Below are positions 25,501 to 37,130 of a stretch of DNA of 64,000 nucleotides, piece after piece. Position numbers and translations under genes: made by a program. Source of the DNA: Phallusia mammillata (taxonomy: Eukaryota). The notes below the pieces were generated by a model. It was not told the origin of the DNA, did not search any database, and saw nothing but the letters and a program-made list of their open reading frames with translations. How positions within the stretch are numbered: the first letter of the stretch is position 1; the number at the start of each line of letters is the position of its first letter. The stretch spans positions 18,600,001 through 18,664,000 of the forward strand of contig OZ281498.1 of NCBI GenBank assembly GCA_965637545.1, written 5' to 3'.

Positions 25501-27005
25501 AAGTATGCCATAAAAGCACTCAACAACATTCAAATTAGCCATGAGTTTAAAATTTATGTAGGAATCAAACAAATTAAAAAACCAAAAATAAAACTGTATC
25601 AGAAGATGCTAATAAAAGTGAAAAGAAATAAATGGAGTTGTCATCTATCCAGCTACCATGGATTGAAACTGGTTGAGAACCCCTGAGCTACAATAATGAA
25701 AACAAAGACTTTAAATGGTGTCCATTAATTGTTTATGTGTTTTTTTACAAAATGTTTTTAGCTTGTACTTCATCTGGTCTTACATCGACCACGTGTCGTA
25801 CCCAACCGATGCTGCCTTCTATCAGTGAAAATATGTTGTCTCGTCATAATTCATTGCTCAGTCAGGGATCCAACCCACTTTGTGATGGCCAGATTCCTAT
25901 TGTTCCACCCAACCACTTTTTTCAATGGTAGGCTTAACTCGTTCTAGTAGAAAATATAAATAATGGTCTTGTGGCCATTATTTTAAATGTGTTGTTTTAA
26001 CCGACATTTTCTGGATATTTTTCAAGGTTTCTGACTTCCCCATTTTGAACTTTACATTCCTATTGTTTAAATAGTTTAGTCATGGCACATTTCTCAAAAA
26101 ACATAGGAACACTATACATGGACTTGGAAAGTAATTCAAACAAAATCGTATTTTTCAATATGCTAGTGCATACAGAACTTGAATAAACGGAAACAGCTAA
26201 TAGCATACTGTTTTATATTAATATATATTCAAGATAGATACAAAATGCTCATGAAGAGCGGCGGACGATCCGCGTCAGTGAAATCTTTTATTTTCGAAAC
26301 AGTTCATTTTCGAAAATAATTTATTTTCCAAGCATTTTTCGTCTGACGATGCCTTCTAAATAGGCGAAATTAATATTTCTGTTTCGTAAATAAACGATTT
26401 CGCTGACGCTAATCGTCTGCCAATCTTCTTGAGTATTTTGTAAATTTGAAAAGTGAAGACAGATCCGTCGATCACCACACCGTTACACAGGCTGATTTCT
26501 ATACTCTGTTATGACATTACACTCATATTTAAGATAGCAAACACATTGCCTGATGATATCCATGAAAACTCAGAAGATCCAAATTATTTTCCTATTATAC
26601 AAAATATACTCAAAAGAGCAGCAGACGATCAGCGTCAGTGTAATGCTTATTTTGTAAAAACAGAAATATTAATTTCGCCTATATTGGGCATGGTCAGTTT
26701 CCGTTTAAAAAGTTATTTTCTTATTTGATAAGTGTAGACAGATCCGTCGGGCACCACCCAGTTACCCAGGCTGATTCTTGTAGTCTGCTATTACATTACA
26801 CCTACTTATTTTCCTATTATCTTTTTAAACAGTTTCGAGCGCAGTTAATCAATAATGGCATTTTTACAGGTCGACCCCTTCAATGAAAACTTTTCCATGT
26901 TCAGCCCCACCATCTATGGGAGTAGATCATACCTCTTATGTTGGTGATACCTTCTCGCAACTTAAAATGCAGGGAATGGCATTTCAAAGTGGCTTTCTAC
27001 AATAA
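22560..27005 (+). CDS. PRRX: Paired-related homeobox protein (Prrx/Prx family, Q50 PRD class), 439 aa, 7 coding exons
   Basis: Exons 22560-23094, 23325-23404, 24246-24412, 24713-24842, 25171-25276, 25762-25927, 26870-27005 (1320 nt, phases consistent). Homeodomain [46 protein letters not shown]|[14 protein letters not shown] is near-identical to PRRX1/2 and has the PRD-class intron between residues 46 and 47. N-terminal [11 protein letters not shown] corresponds to the Prx/eh1-like motif KNFSVSHLLDL. Confidence 0.93.
23508..23548 (-). ncRNA. Minimal type-I hammerhead motif (family D), core intact, in Prrx intron 2
   Basis: Minus strand reads ggca CUGACGA u gcuu-auaa-aagc GAAA uacagc GUC| ugau. 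Stem II is 4 bp; stems I and III are imperfect. Confidence 0.65.
26343..26383 (+). ncRNA. Hammerhead motif (family B), core intact, 5' strand of stem I missing
   Basis: CUGACGA u gccu-ucuaaau-aggc GAAA uua AUA| uuucuguu; the upstream uuuucgu cannot pair with uuucug. Confidence 0.6.
26659..26705 (-). ncRNA. Hammerhead motif (family B), 8-bp stem I, core G8->C
   Basis: Minus strand reads aacggaaa CUGACCA u gcc-caauaua-ggc GAAA uua AUA| uuucuguu; stem III is the palindrome AUUAAU. Confidence 0.65.
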
Positions 27006-30000
27006 TACCATGAACTAAAGATTTTGTAAGGCAAGATGTACGAATCAAATAGTTGATTCGCGCCATATGTTTATTGTTTTTCAGAGGATTTACAAAAACA
27101 ATTCATTATTCGGAAGGCAAAAATTCATAATGAAAAATAGACGATTTTGCCGAAAACAAATCATTGTTAACTTTGTTTCTACATATTTTGTCATCCAAGG
27201 GTATTTTTTTAGAACAACACTGATTTAGCCTACTAAACGAAAAATCTTCAAAATGCCCGTTTTTTCCCCTTTGCTTTTCAAAATAATATCTGACCTATTA
27301 AATATATATTCTCCTGTTAAAGCTGCCTACAACTTTGATGATTAGCGCACGTGCCTTGATAACTTTATTTTTATTGGTCTTTAAAAGTTCTAACAAGGCG
27401 AAAACTGCATAATGAAGGCAGATTAAGGACACCTAAAACATGCGAAGTAAAGCGTTCATTTATTCCTTAGTTTTGATCATGAGTATATATTGAGGGCGTA
27501 ATATCCTTCCCTAATTAACTTTTGATTAATTTTGAATCCCTGGAAATCGATTTTAAATGATCAAGGCCTTATATTAGTTCCACTATGTTCCTATTAAATG
27601 TGCCTTACGCCGAGCTGCCATATCAGCGTATGTCCTTGAAGTTCCGTTTTGTACACGTCCACATTAATATGTTGTATGGTGTTTCACATAAATTGAAAGT
27701 TCATGCATTTTGTTCATTGTTTAACGAAATCTTCCATTTTAATAAATACTCGGGATTCGCTTTGGATGAAATCTAAATTTTATGTAACTTGATTCTAAAT
27801 TCATGCACATTGTGCGAGTTTCAAAATGGCGGCAAAGTAAGCCATATGTTAGCATTTAAAATTGACAGTAAATAATATTTTGAACAATATTGCACACTTA
27901 AGCCTCACTGTGTATTGAGGTTGCTAAAACGTACATGTTTTGACGGCTTTTAAAATCGCTCTGTTTTTGATAATTTAGTATTTTAAGGCATATCAAAAGC
28001 TCCAAATTTGAAACAAAACAACTTTAATTTGTATTTTGTGGATTTGTTAATGAACAGTATAAGCAATTGGATTCATTCTGAAAAATTCTGATTTGAAATA
28101 TTTTGGGAGGAAACATCATACATAATTTAATCCATTTAAAGTTTGCAGGTTTAAATGAGTACATACAAGCAGTTTGAAGCCAATCTTGTTTAGAGGTTAC
28201 ACTTTAATGGTAATTGATAACTACTATGCCTTTACTGATGCCGTCTTTTTCAGTCAACTAACGCACGGGGACTATTGGCATAATGCCGGACGATTAGCGG
28301 CGTGCTGATGCAATTTAGGAAATGCAGTTAAAAATTTGCTGTCCAGACGAAACCTGATCGCATTACGGACAAGTTCTGATTCCAATTTGTCGACCATTTT
28401 CGCACTGCACTATTAATTCAGTTTAGACCACGGCGCGGCGGCTATATTCCCCAATGACTTTGATGCATTCCGATGCTCACAACGATTGGGAGCACTGGTG
28501 GTGACAGTTCGCATTGAGTGATATGGATACAAGTTAGAATGGTCTAACTATCGCGGGATTTCCAACCGGTGTGCCACGATAAATTCCGAGTGCAAAAGTT
28601 CAACCTGATAACTGTTCATTACGCGCAATGAAGCAATAAATTAGGAACACGTCACCGCAGCGCGCTATGCTTAAACCTCCCACTGGGATGGCAAAAGGGC
28701 GTTTAAGCTATCATCTAGCTTGAAACTCTTTCGCTGTGCGCTGGATATCGGATATACCCGTCCATTAACTAATTAAAAGCTCGCTGAGGCTTGGTAGAGC
28801 GAGATCAGACGCTAAGCAAAGCAATGGCCGAGCTAAAGAACCCATTAGCCAGGGGGCCGGGGTTGCAGAGTATCGTTGCCAAGCTCACCGCGGAGTTCCC
28901 TGCGGCGTTCAGCAACTCGACGTCCTTGCGCTCAAACTACGCGTGAGAATAGTCCTAGGGTCAGAGTAAGGCCATGGCCTTTATACTGTGAGACGCGGTG
29001 TGCGATCTAGGCTTGAGAAACCGGCAGGCAACTGAGTGAGTCAATTACCATTCTGTGTTATTATTAAATGCACTGCTTGTGTTTGGGTGGTGGAATTTTT
29101 TTGCGATAGAGTCACGTATGGCCAAAGTTGCTCAAGACCACCTATGGGGTAATAATATTGGTACTAAACTTTTTGTCAAAAAAGTTGAAAAACTATACAT
29201 GTCAACAAAGCTGACAAAAAGGAAACAATTGTAACGGTATCATGGGATGAAACAATGATTGCGACATTCCGCAAATTTGAAACGAGGAGCTGCATGATAT
29301 TTTTATCTTATATTTCTTCTTCATCTATTGGCCAACTTCGGAGGTCCTATCATAACTTTTTTTATGTAAAGACAAAATATGAAAAATCACCAGCCATAGC
29401 TGCAGGATCAGCGTAAAGCGTTGAAATGAAGCAAGCATGTTAAGGTCTTTTTTCTCGGCACAGCAGATTTGGTTTCTTTCGTCCGGAGGGAATCCTAAGC
29501 ATTTCTTGAATGCGCGAATGTCATTTGAATAAAGACACTTCCATTTTCATACGCTGAGTCAAGGCCAAATGCCAAGTGGTCCAACTGTTTTGCATCTACA
29601 CTGCCGAGACCGCAATAGCGCATCCCGATTTTGCGCTATTAAAGCCAATATCGAATTAAATCCTATTAAAGTTTCTGTTAAGATTAAATTTACCTCGGAA
29701 ATATAAAGTTTTTATTGTATTCGAGCATTTTAAGAATATATTCGCTTGTGTTTAACATGGATGCTGCCGTATACTTAGTGCACACAAAGATTTATTTGAT
29801 TCTATTCGCTTTGATTTAATATGTTGAAAAATCCTTGCGGTTTGCTTTGTGTAAAATATCCAATCCTAAAACACTATGCCTAGACTTAAAATGTGATCAG
29901 ATCAAAAACGCAAAAGCCAAAAAGTTTGTATACAATGACTGCTCTTATCATTAACATAAAATGACAGACCCTTATAACAGATGCACCCCAAGGAGGAAGG

Positions 30001-30809
30001 GAGCCGTGACGTAGGCTGTGGCGTCATATGATAACTAAAATGAAATGATTCAAGGTGTGACGTCAAGGTAAAAACCAATCATCAGTGGTTGGATTTAAAG
30101 ACTCGAAGGGACTTGAAGACTGCGTCGATACGTGTTACTGAACTTCTGCGCTGAACCTCGAAGATTTGGTATCGGCAAGGGAACAGAGCTAATGTACCGA
30201 GAGGTCTAACTGATGCGGGTTACCGCAGTTACGCGATTCTATTTATCCATTATAAGTTGGAACGTACTCCAGACAACGCTCAACACCAGAGAGAGTCGAA
30301 CAACTGCCAGTGGCATTGGTATCGTCGCATTTATAAATGTGTTAGGCTTGAGGGTCAAGAAAAGTTCAGGATATTTGCATCAATTTGCATCAATTTGCAT
30401 GTAGCTGTAAAGATTTGTTGGGGGAATTAAAGTAGATTTGGGTTGATTGGCACACATTGCTAAGTGTTTATAAAGCGTAAACATACGGAGAAAAAATAAC
30501 GAGTTATAGCTTGGACACCAAGTAACAAAAACATTTTTTTGAATCTATTTTTTTGAATACACATATTCAACGATTTGATAAATTGAAACAATAAAAGGAA
30601 CAAAAAAATATCACATCCAATGCCTTCCAGTTGGAAATGAATCCGCATAACCATCGTTAAAAAAACGTTTTATTATGTGTAATGAAAAGCCTTTAGAATT
30701 CAAAATTACAAGGGATGCTTCAGATAAATTATGATAAAACAGGCCTCAAATGTTTGTGTGAGCTGAAACTTATAATTTATTATTATTTCTTAATCAATTT
30801 GTTCATTGT

Positions 30810-30843
30810 GTAACGCTTCGGACCGAAGTCTTTTGTCAAGTAT
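30810..30843 (-). ncRNA. Possible degenerate U3-A8 variant hammerhead motif
   Basis: Minus strand reads UUGACAA aa gac-UUCG-guc c GAAG CGUU. It has a cUUCGg-capped stem II, but A15.1 is changed and there is no good stem I. Confidence 0.3.
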
Positions 30844-31050
30844 CAAGTTTTTTATCAAGTATTTTTTTCGTTTATGTTTATTGCCAAAACAAGTTACTCC
30901 TTTTTAAAAAAATATTTCTCGTAAGCAGACCGTTTTGGAGAATCAATATGTGGTACAAAGTTAATGAAACTTTATTCGCAAGATGCAAATAGTATTTTGC
31001 TTACTGCTGCCCTCTGGCGAAAAATACTCTCTAAGTCAACATTTTTTTGT

Positions 31051-31270
31051 GGCAGAGCTACTAACACTGAGCTTCAGCTTTGGCCCGGTCTGAGAACTTC
31101 TGGTAGGTGGCGCAACGGAGCATAGGCGTTTATGTTGCTGTTACAGCAGTTTGGGTTTATGGTAAGAATAATCGCTGAGTCGGCACCATAAACGCCTATG
31201 CTCTGTTGCGCCACCTACCAGAAGTTCTTAGACCGGGCCAAAGCTGAAGCTCAGTGTTAGTAGCTCTACC
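31051..31270. mobile_element. 220-bp foldback MITE, probably Mutator/MULE-type
   Basis: 90-bp inverted arms (31051-31140, 31181-31270) with 5 differences and GG...CC termini. Flanking 9-mers tttttttgt / ttattttgt (8/9) are a candidate 9-bp TSD. Confidence 0.75.
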
Positions 31271-34246
31271 TTATTTTGTAGCTAAATATGAAAACGTACT
31301 TGTAACGTACGTACCAAAACTATCGCCAGTACAAAGTTATTTTTATTTTATTTTGTAAAAAAACTTATAACTGTTCTGCATACTAGCATTAAGCAGATAA
31401 CTGAAACAGCTTTTTACAAACCTAGCATGGCAACACGTTATTTACAGTAGCTTCCTAGCTTTAATAACACAGCCTCTAAAACAGACCCCTTGAGGTTTTA
31501 TATGTAGGACACATGACCACAAGGTGTCGCAATGGCGCTTGAAACTAAACCTTTTGAGTTTTGACCTTACCCACGATGGTCAAAATTTCTACCGAAAAGC
31601 AACTGTTCGAAATAGCTCGTTAGCGCTAGACAGACGATTGTTGGACAGGCGCTGATTTAAAGCACAGATAAGGCGGTGTTTTATCGGTGCTTCACCAGTC
31701 AGGGTGACTTGCACGCGCTAGCTGAGTGAGCCTGCTTATGACATGGCTTAAGCAAGCGATAGCAGTGTTTTGCTTGTCAAGTTTGGTAAACCGCACCTCT
31801 ACTGTAGGTTTAGATTTACAAACATGCTCAATGCAAGTTCTGTTGTGTGCAACGGTTTCATTTAGCCGCTATCCTGAATCAGCATTCAAGCATGCTAAGT
31901 AATATTCAGAACATAGCTTGTGACATCACAAAGCAGCAGTGTTCGTTTCAAAATCAATTTCGATTGTGTATAGCCGTTTATGTGCTGATACAGTAATACT
32001 TGGTTAACAATTTATTAGAAGTTATTTGGAGTGGTTCTTGTTCAGCCAAAGCCTTGGTAAAGCATTATGTGAACTTTTTGTGACAACATGAACAACGTTC
32101 GCACCAAAGTAAGTATTGCACCATAATTGCTTGCTCACAAATGCCGAAGTCAAGAGGCGGTGGTGTATTCTGCCTTAAGGAAATCAAACTTAAGTGTCTT
32201 GGTACATAGGAAATGAGAAAGGTGTTGTTGTGAACCACCAAAATTCTCATAGTTCTGTGAAGATTGCAACGTTTTGTTTTCCATGTCAGAATCATGGTCG
32301 GTCGGTAAGATTTTTTGGAATATTAGGTGTGATTTGAAGTGGCTTTTTCAGTTGATCTAATTCAACGCTGTTTATAGTTGCTATAAGCAAAACACAAAAG
32401 CTGGTTGACGCAGTGCAATCGTTTAGAGTTTAGACATTTAGTTTCATGAACAAGGTTCAACATAGACATGGAATTGCACTGGTAAGACTGTGCAATCGAA
32501 AATGTTAAGAGCAATGGTTGAACAGACTGTATGATTTCCCACTACCACGTATTTAATATGAAATATCTCCTTTGCTTTTTCGCAGCAATAATACTGGTTT
32601 TGTTAGACTGCACAAAATTGGTTTAGTAATTTGCAACTATCCATCCAAAACACAGTCGGCTGTTGAATTTAAGATTTTTCCACAATTACATCATAGCAAG
32701 GACGCCATGATATGAAAAACAAAAGCCCAGTTGTCAAAGAGTAAATTAATATCACTACAAGTGATGCGCAACCTTTACGTGCGTTTCCTCCATGAGTGTT
32801 GGCCAACAGAGAAAATGTATCTGGCGTGACTAGAAATTTCACTGTCCCGCAAATTCGCTGCGATATAAATCTACTGAAGTTTATGTAAGACAGGCAACGC
32901 CGGCGAAAGATTTATCCCACCAATGTGATGATGGTACAAGTCTCTTTCGGCGACACAGTCTGTGCAAAATCAACTAGTCACGTCAAATTTGCTTTGTATT
33001 GCCACTTCTTTAAATTTGTCATTGATGACGGTGTCGTAAACAAGTAAGAACACCGAAAAAGCATGTTTGACAAATGAATGTCATATATAAGTTGGTTTTC
33101 GTGTACGGAAAAACATCATGCATAGTTTCACAGTTCTGAATGTTGCCGTGTTATGACCTGATGGAAAGGGGATTGACTAATGCATTTTCTATTCGTCCTG
33201 GCCCGATTTATAGAAACCCCTAATATCTCCCAGCCTGATCGCTTTTTTTCATTCTGAACAATCGTCTAGTAGTATTTCACTGTTTTCAAAATACTGTAAC
33301 CACAATTAAAATAGTCAAATAAAACACCACAAAAAAATAAAAGTCGAACAACTAAAAAAAAACCAGATTTTTTTCACAGCTCGCTTTAACATCATATAAA
33401 GTCGCAAAATCAAAACTGAAACGTTATAAACCCGGCTTTGATAAATCACTGGTTGGGTAAATTGCACAAAATAATAAAACCCCCACTCCTTCGCTGCACT
33501 CTTAAGATTGCGACAGACGATAATAGCATGCAAGAGCGATAAGACACCACTTGTTTCCGGGAATGTCTCGTACAGATAGAGGGTGATAGAAACAATGCAT
33601 GACGCCACTTTTTTAGAGAACTGATTTTTCTGTTGGCTTGTCGATTGTGGTGCATTAGGCGATTAAATATACATATATAATTCGTATTTTTTCTAAAACC
33701 AAGTTTTTTGCCTGTAGGTATGTGGTAGATTTTGGTGCTTGAATGCATAACATTAACTTTTACATGCCTGCATACCTTTTTCATGTTAGCCTATTCTGTA
33801 TTTAAATAATTTGTTTGTTAAGTGTTAAAAAGTTTATCTATCGTACGTTTACTAAAGTTGTGTTTGTTAAAAAAGTTTATTAAACGTTTTCTAAAATTAA
33901 ACTATTTTAAATCAGGTTTCTTGTAATTATTTACGCCGGACCAAACGCTTTGTCAAATTGAACATTTCAATTTATTCAGTGACATTGAAAACCGCTAGGC
34001 TCAAATAGTTGTTTGCAGTGGGATGGAAGTTGGGTAGCGTCGGTCGGTGTGGTCGTACTTCGCGGTATGGTGTGTGTGCTTGGAAAACCGCAGAGCATTT
34101 TTGGTTTCCCTTCCGATTCACAAGGCCCAACACGACCTCCTTTGCTGAACACATAACTCAACAACTCGTAGGGCTGACTCGTTTAAAAACCAAATACCGT
34201 TCTATACCAGTTACATAACGTCGTCAAACAACATCAACTGTCATAT

Positions 34247-34400
34247 ATTAAGCCGTTGCAGCCAGGCATAATATCAACCTTATAGAGCTCTTCTGGCAAT
34301 TGTATTTTTGTACCGACGATTCAAAGTCCTGTACAGGTCGCCTTCATCAGGGTAAACAACACAAATACAATTGCCAGAAGTGCTCTATAAGGTTGATATA
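34247..34400 (-). mobile_element. Foldback element with a hammerhead motif (family C) in its loop
   Basis: 37-bp arms 34271-34307 and 34363-34399 (1 mismatch). The loop on the minus strand (34311-34354) reads uacc CUGAUGA agg..ccug-ua-cagg..uuu GAAU C GUC| ggua. Possible flanking direct repeat aactgtcatat / aactgacatat. Confidence 0.72.
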
Positions 34401-37130
34401 AACTGACATATTCAGAATCAAAATTCAATATACCCTTATGACTGTATGTTCATTTTTTCACAGCAAGTAGCAACAAAGCAAAATACACAAATGTTGTTGT
34501 CTGTATAAACGGCTTCGAGCAAAACCACCCTGATAAAATCATGTAATTTGAGGCGATTAAATTAATGTCCATGGTTCACTAAAACTCCCTAAAACAAGCC
34601 ATCCCACCACAATGTTACCCATTGTAGCAAATTAACCGTGTGATCTTACGTCACCGTCACGCACAGATGCGCACGGCCATGGTCGTGACTGTGAGGTCCG
34701 TTGGGAGCACGAAGTAAGGAACAAATTGCAATAAATTGTGGCTGTTGACGACTTGGGCGATTATTGTGTTTACTGTCTGGAGGTAAGGTGTTGGAATTCT
34801 GCTTTGTTGCTCACATGAATCGGTCTGGAGAAATGCTGTTGCAAATTTCAAGGACCAAGTACAGTAACTTGCAATTTTGCAGGATATGTATGCTGCAGCC
34901 TTTTATAGTTAATAAGATTTCAGTTTGTAACAAAGCACTAATTTTCAATGATTAGGCTTATTTAGCTTATGGAAGTACAATCTTTGAAACTGTATTTTTT
35001 GTAGAGTTGTGTGTGTTAAGCTTTAAAAAAGTTTTCGTATATCTTCATAAGCTTCAATTGCATTGTAGCTAATGAGTTGAGTTTTTTTACCTGGTGAAAG
35101 AAAACATAGTCGCACGATTGCACTAAAACAATAATCAAGTCAAAAATAGCTGGGCAACGTTTAAACGTCACGGAGCGCAGAATAGTGAAGAGTTATATTA
35201 AATGTGCGGCTATACCTAAACCAGCTGCAACTTTACGGTCATTACAAGTTGTTAAGTGACTGGGTCCAACGAGAAAGTAAGTTCAGGTTTAAAGATAAAT
35301 TTATAGTGTTTATTTTCATGGGTTTTCTTGTACACGTTTTGTAATCAGTTTTTATTTGGGCAATAAGCCCTAGACCCAACAATGTAGAAGCTTTGGCGTA
35401 TTATCAGATTTCACATGGAAATGCCAAGTCGCCAATAAACAAGTGGTACCGCTGGAACGACAAACCGCCTGCGCCATGGGCTATTAACCACTCAAGTCCG
35501 TGTGTTTTGGGCAATTGAATAGATTGATGGTGTTAACGTTGTCGCCATGTCAATTTCTTGATAGTAATTTACCGGTGAGACTAAATGAGTGTTGTATTTG
35601 TGTTGATGTATATTGTAGCCCAACTTTCGTTGGCTGGATGCAGACATTTATAAATACCTGTTTCGTTTTCAGAAATATAGTAATCACAGTTTTCTGTACG
35701 AGTTGGGGTGTTTTACGAAAAGAAAGTACATACCATGATGAATTCTATGTGCACAAGTACTCTGGGAGTTGTTTTTAAATTACTTTTTAAGTCTGTGTAT
35801 AGTGCTCCAAAGTGCCAAGACACCAATAAAAATTAAATTTAATAATGAAATAAAGGAAAATTGTTGTTGTCACAATAAGTTTCACACCAAGATTTCCAAT
35901 TTAATGCAAAAACTAATCTCTTTTCCTGACTTGGAAAGGGCTAACTTGTGCAAGAAATGAATAACGGGTCATTGCCGCCGTATTTTGTCCTCGGTATTAG
36001 TTTTTAGGATCTATAACCCTAAAAGACAAATTTGAGATAACAGCTTCACGTCATTTCCCATATCATCAGTAAGTGCATACGCTCACTGGATTTTTGCTTC
36101 AGGCCGCCACGTAATAACACGCCTGCTCAGGCGCAACATGCAATTGTGCTGCGCCTATCATACCGTCCGATAATTGCCCCGGAAGCCAAAAGAAACTAGT
36201 AGATTTGACAACACCGCCTCGCTAAATTAAACCTGTAGTCACAATAATGCCTAGAAGAAGAAGGACGAATCAGAAATCGTCAGTATTTATGATACAGTTT
36301 AGAAGTCAGTAATAAACTGAACAGGACCTGGACTTAACACGGTTGCGAAACAATACCAACTGTTACGTAACCGGATTCATTTTATCCCAACGCAGACTAA
36401 ACAAGAACCGCAGTTTTGCCAGGTTGCAGTAGCGGTGTAATGTTGCGTGCAAACAATGTTTAGCGTCTGAATTTCAGTTCGTTTCATGAACATATTTTGT
36501 GTGCACAACATATCTGTGTCATAATAGCTGTGTTAGTTTCTTCAAATCAGCTCCTAAATTGCCGAAAAAAAACTTGTTTGAAACCACCGGTTGCAGTTTG
36601 TTTTATGATGTAACAACCAGCCTGGGCCTCAACAATTCTAACCTTGATTTGCGCGGCAAACTTAGGTGAGTACGTAGAAAGAACAGGGGAAATGAATTTT
36701 TTGCTCCTAGATGTTTATTCATGCTCCATGGAGCGTGTTGTGTCGACTATATGTGGTGTGGATATATTGTGCCGCACCACAGCGAAATTGGCCTTGCTGC
36801 TGTGGCTGGTGAATTTTGGAAGGCGGTTTTTCACACTTCAGGTTTTTGTGCACCTGTCAATGCTTGGTTAGGGCTGGTTGTTTTTCACACTGAATGCACC
36901 TGGAAATAAGACACTTAAGTGCCATAGGTGTTTTAGAAACCAAAGACAAGCTTCAGGAGTATATGTTGTGCTGGATATATCTTTACATATGAGTTCTGTT
37001 TATATATCACCCAGACTTCTGTTTGCAGATGTTTTAGTGTATTTTTATTTTGTGGTTGTGTAATGTTTGAACCGAAAAATAAGGGAGGGTAGCTATATTT
37101 TTCCCGGCGTTTAGAAAGGGCAGTGTTTCG

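Larger units (their letters stand above)
26239..26820. mobile_element. Composite Penelope-like terminal remnant (foldback plus direct repeats, two hammerhead motifs) in Prrx intron 6
   Basis: Inverted arms 26239-26302 and ~26379-26442; a third arm copy at 26598-26663; direct repeat gacagatccgtcg...cattacac at ~26458 and ~26737. Confidence 0.7.
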
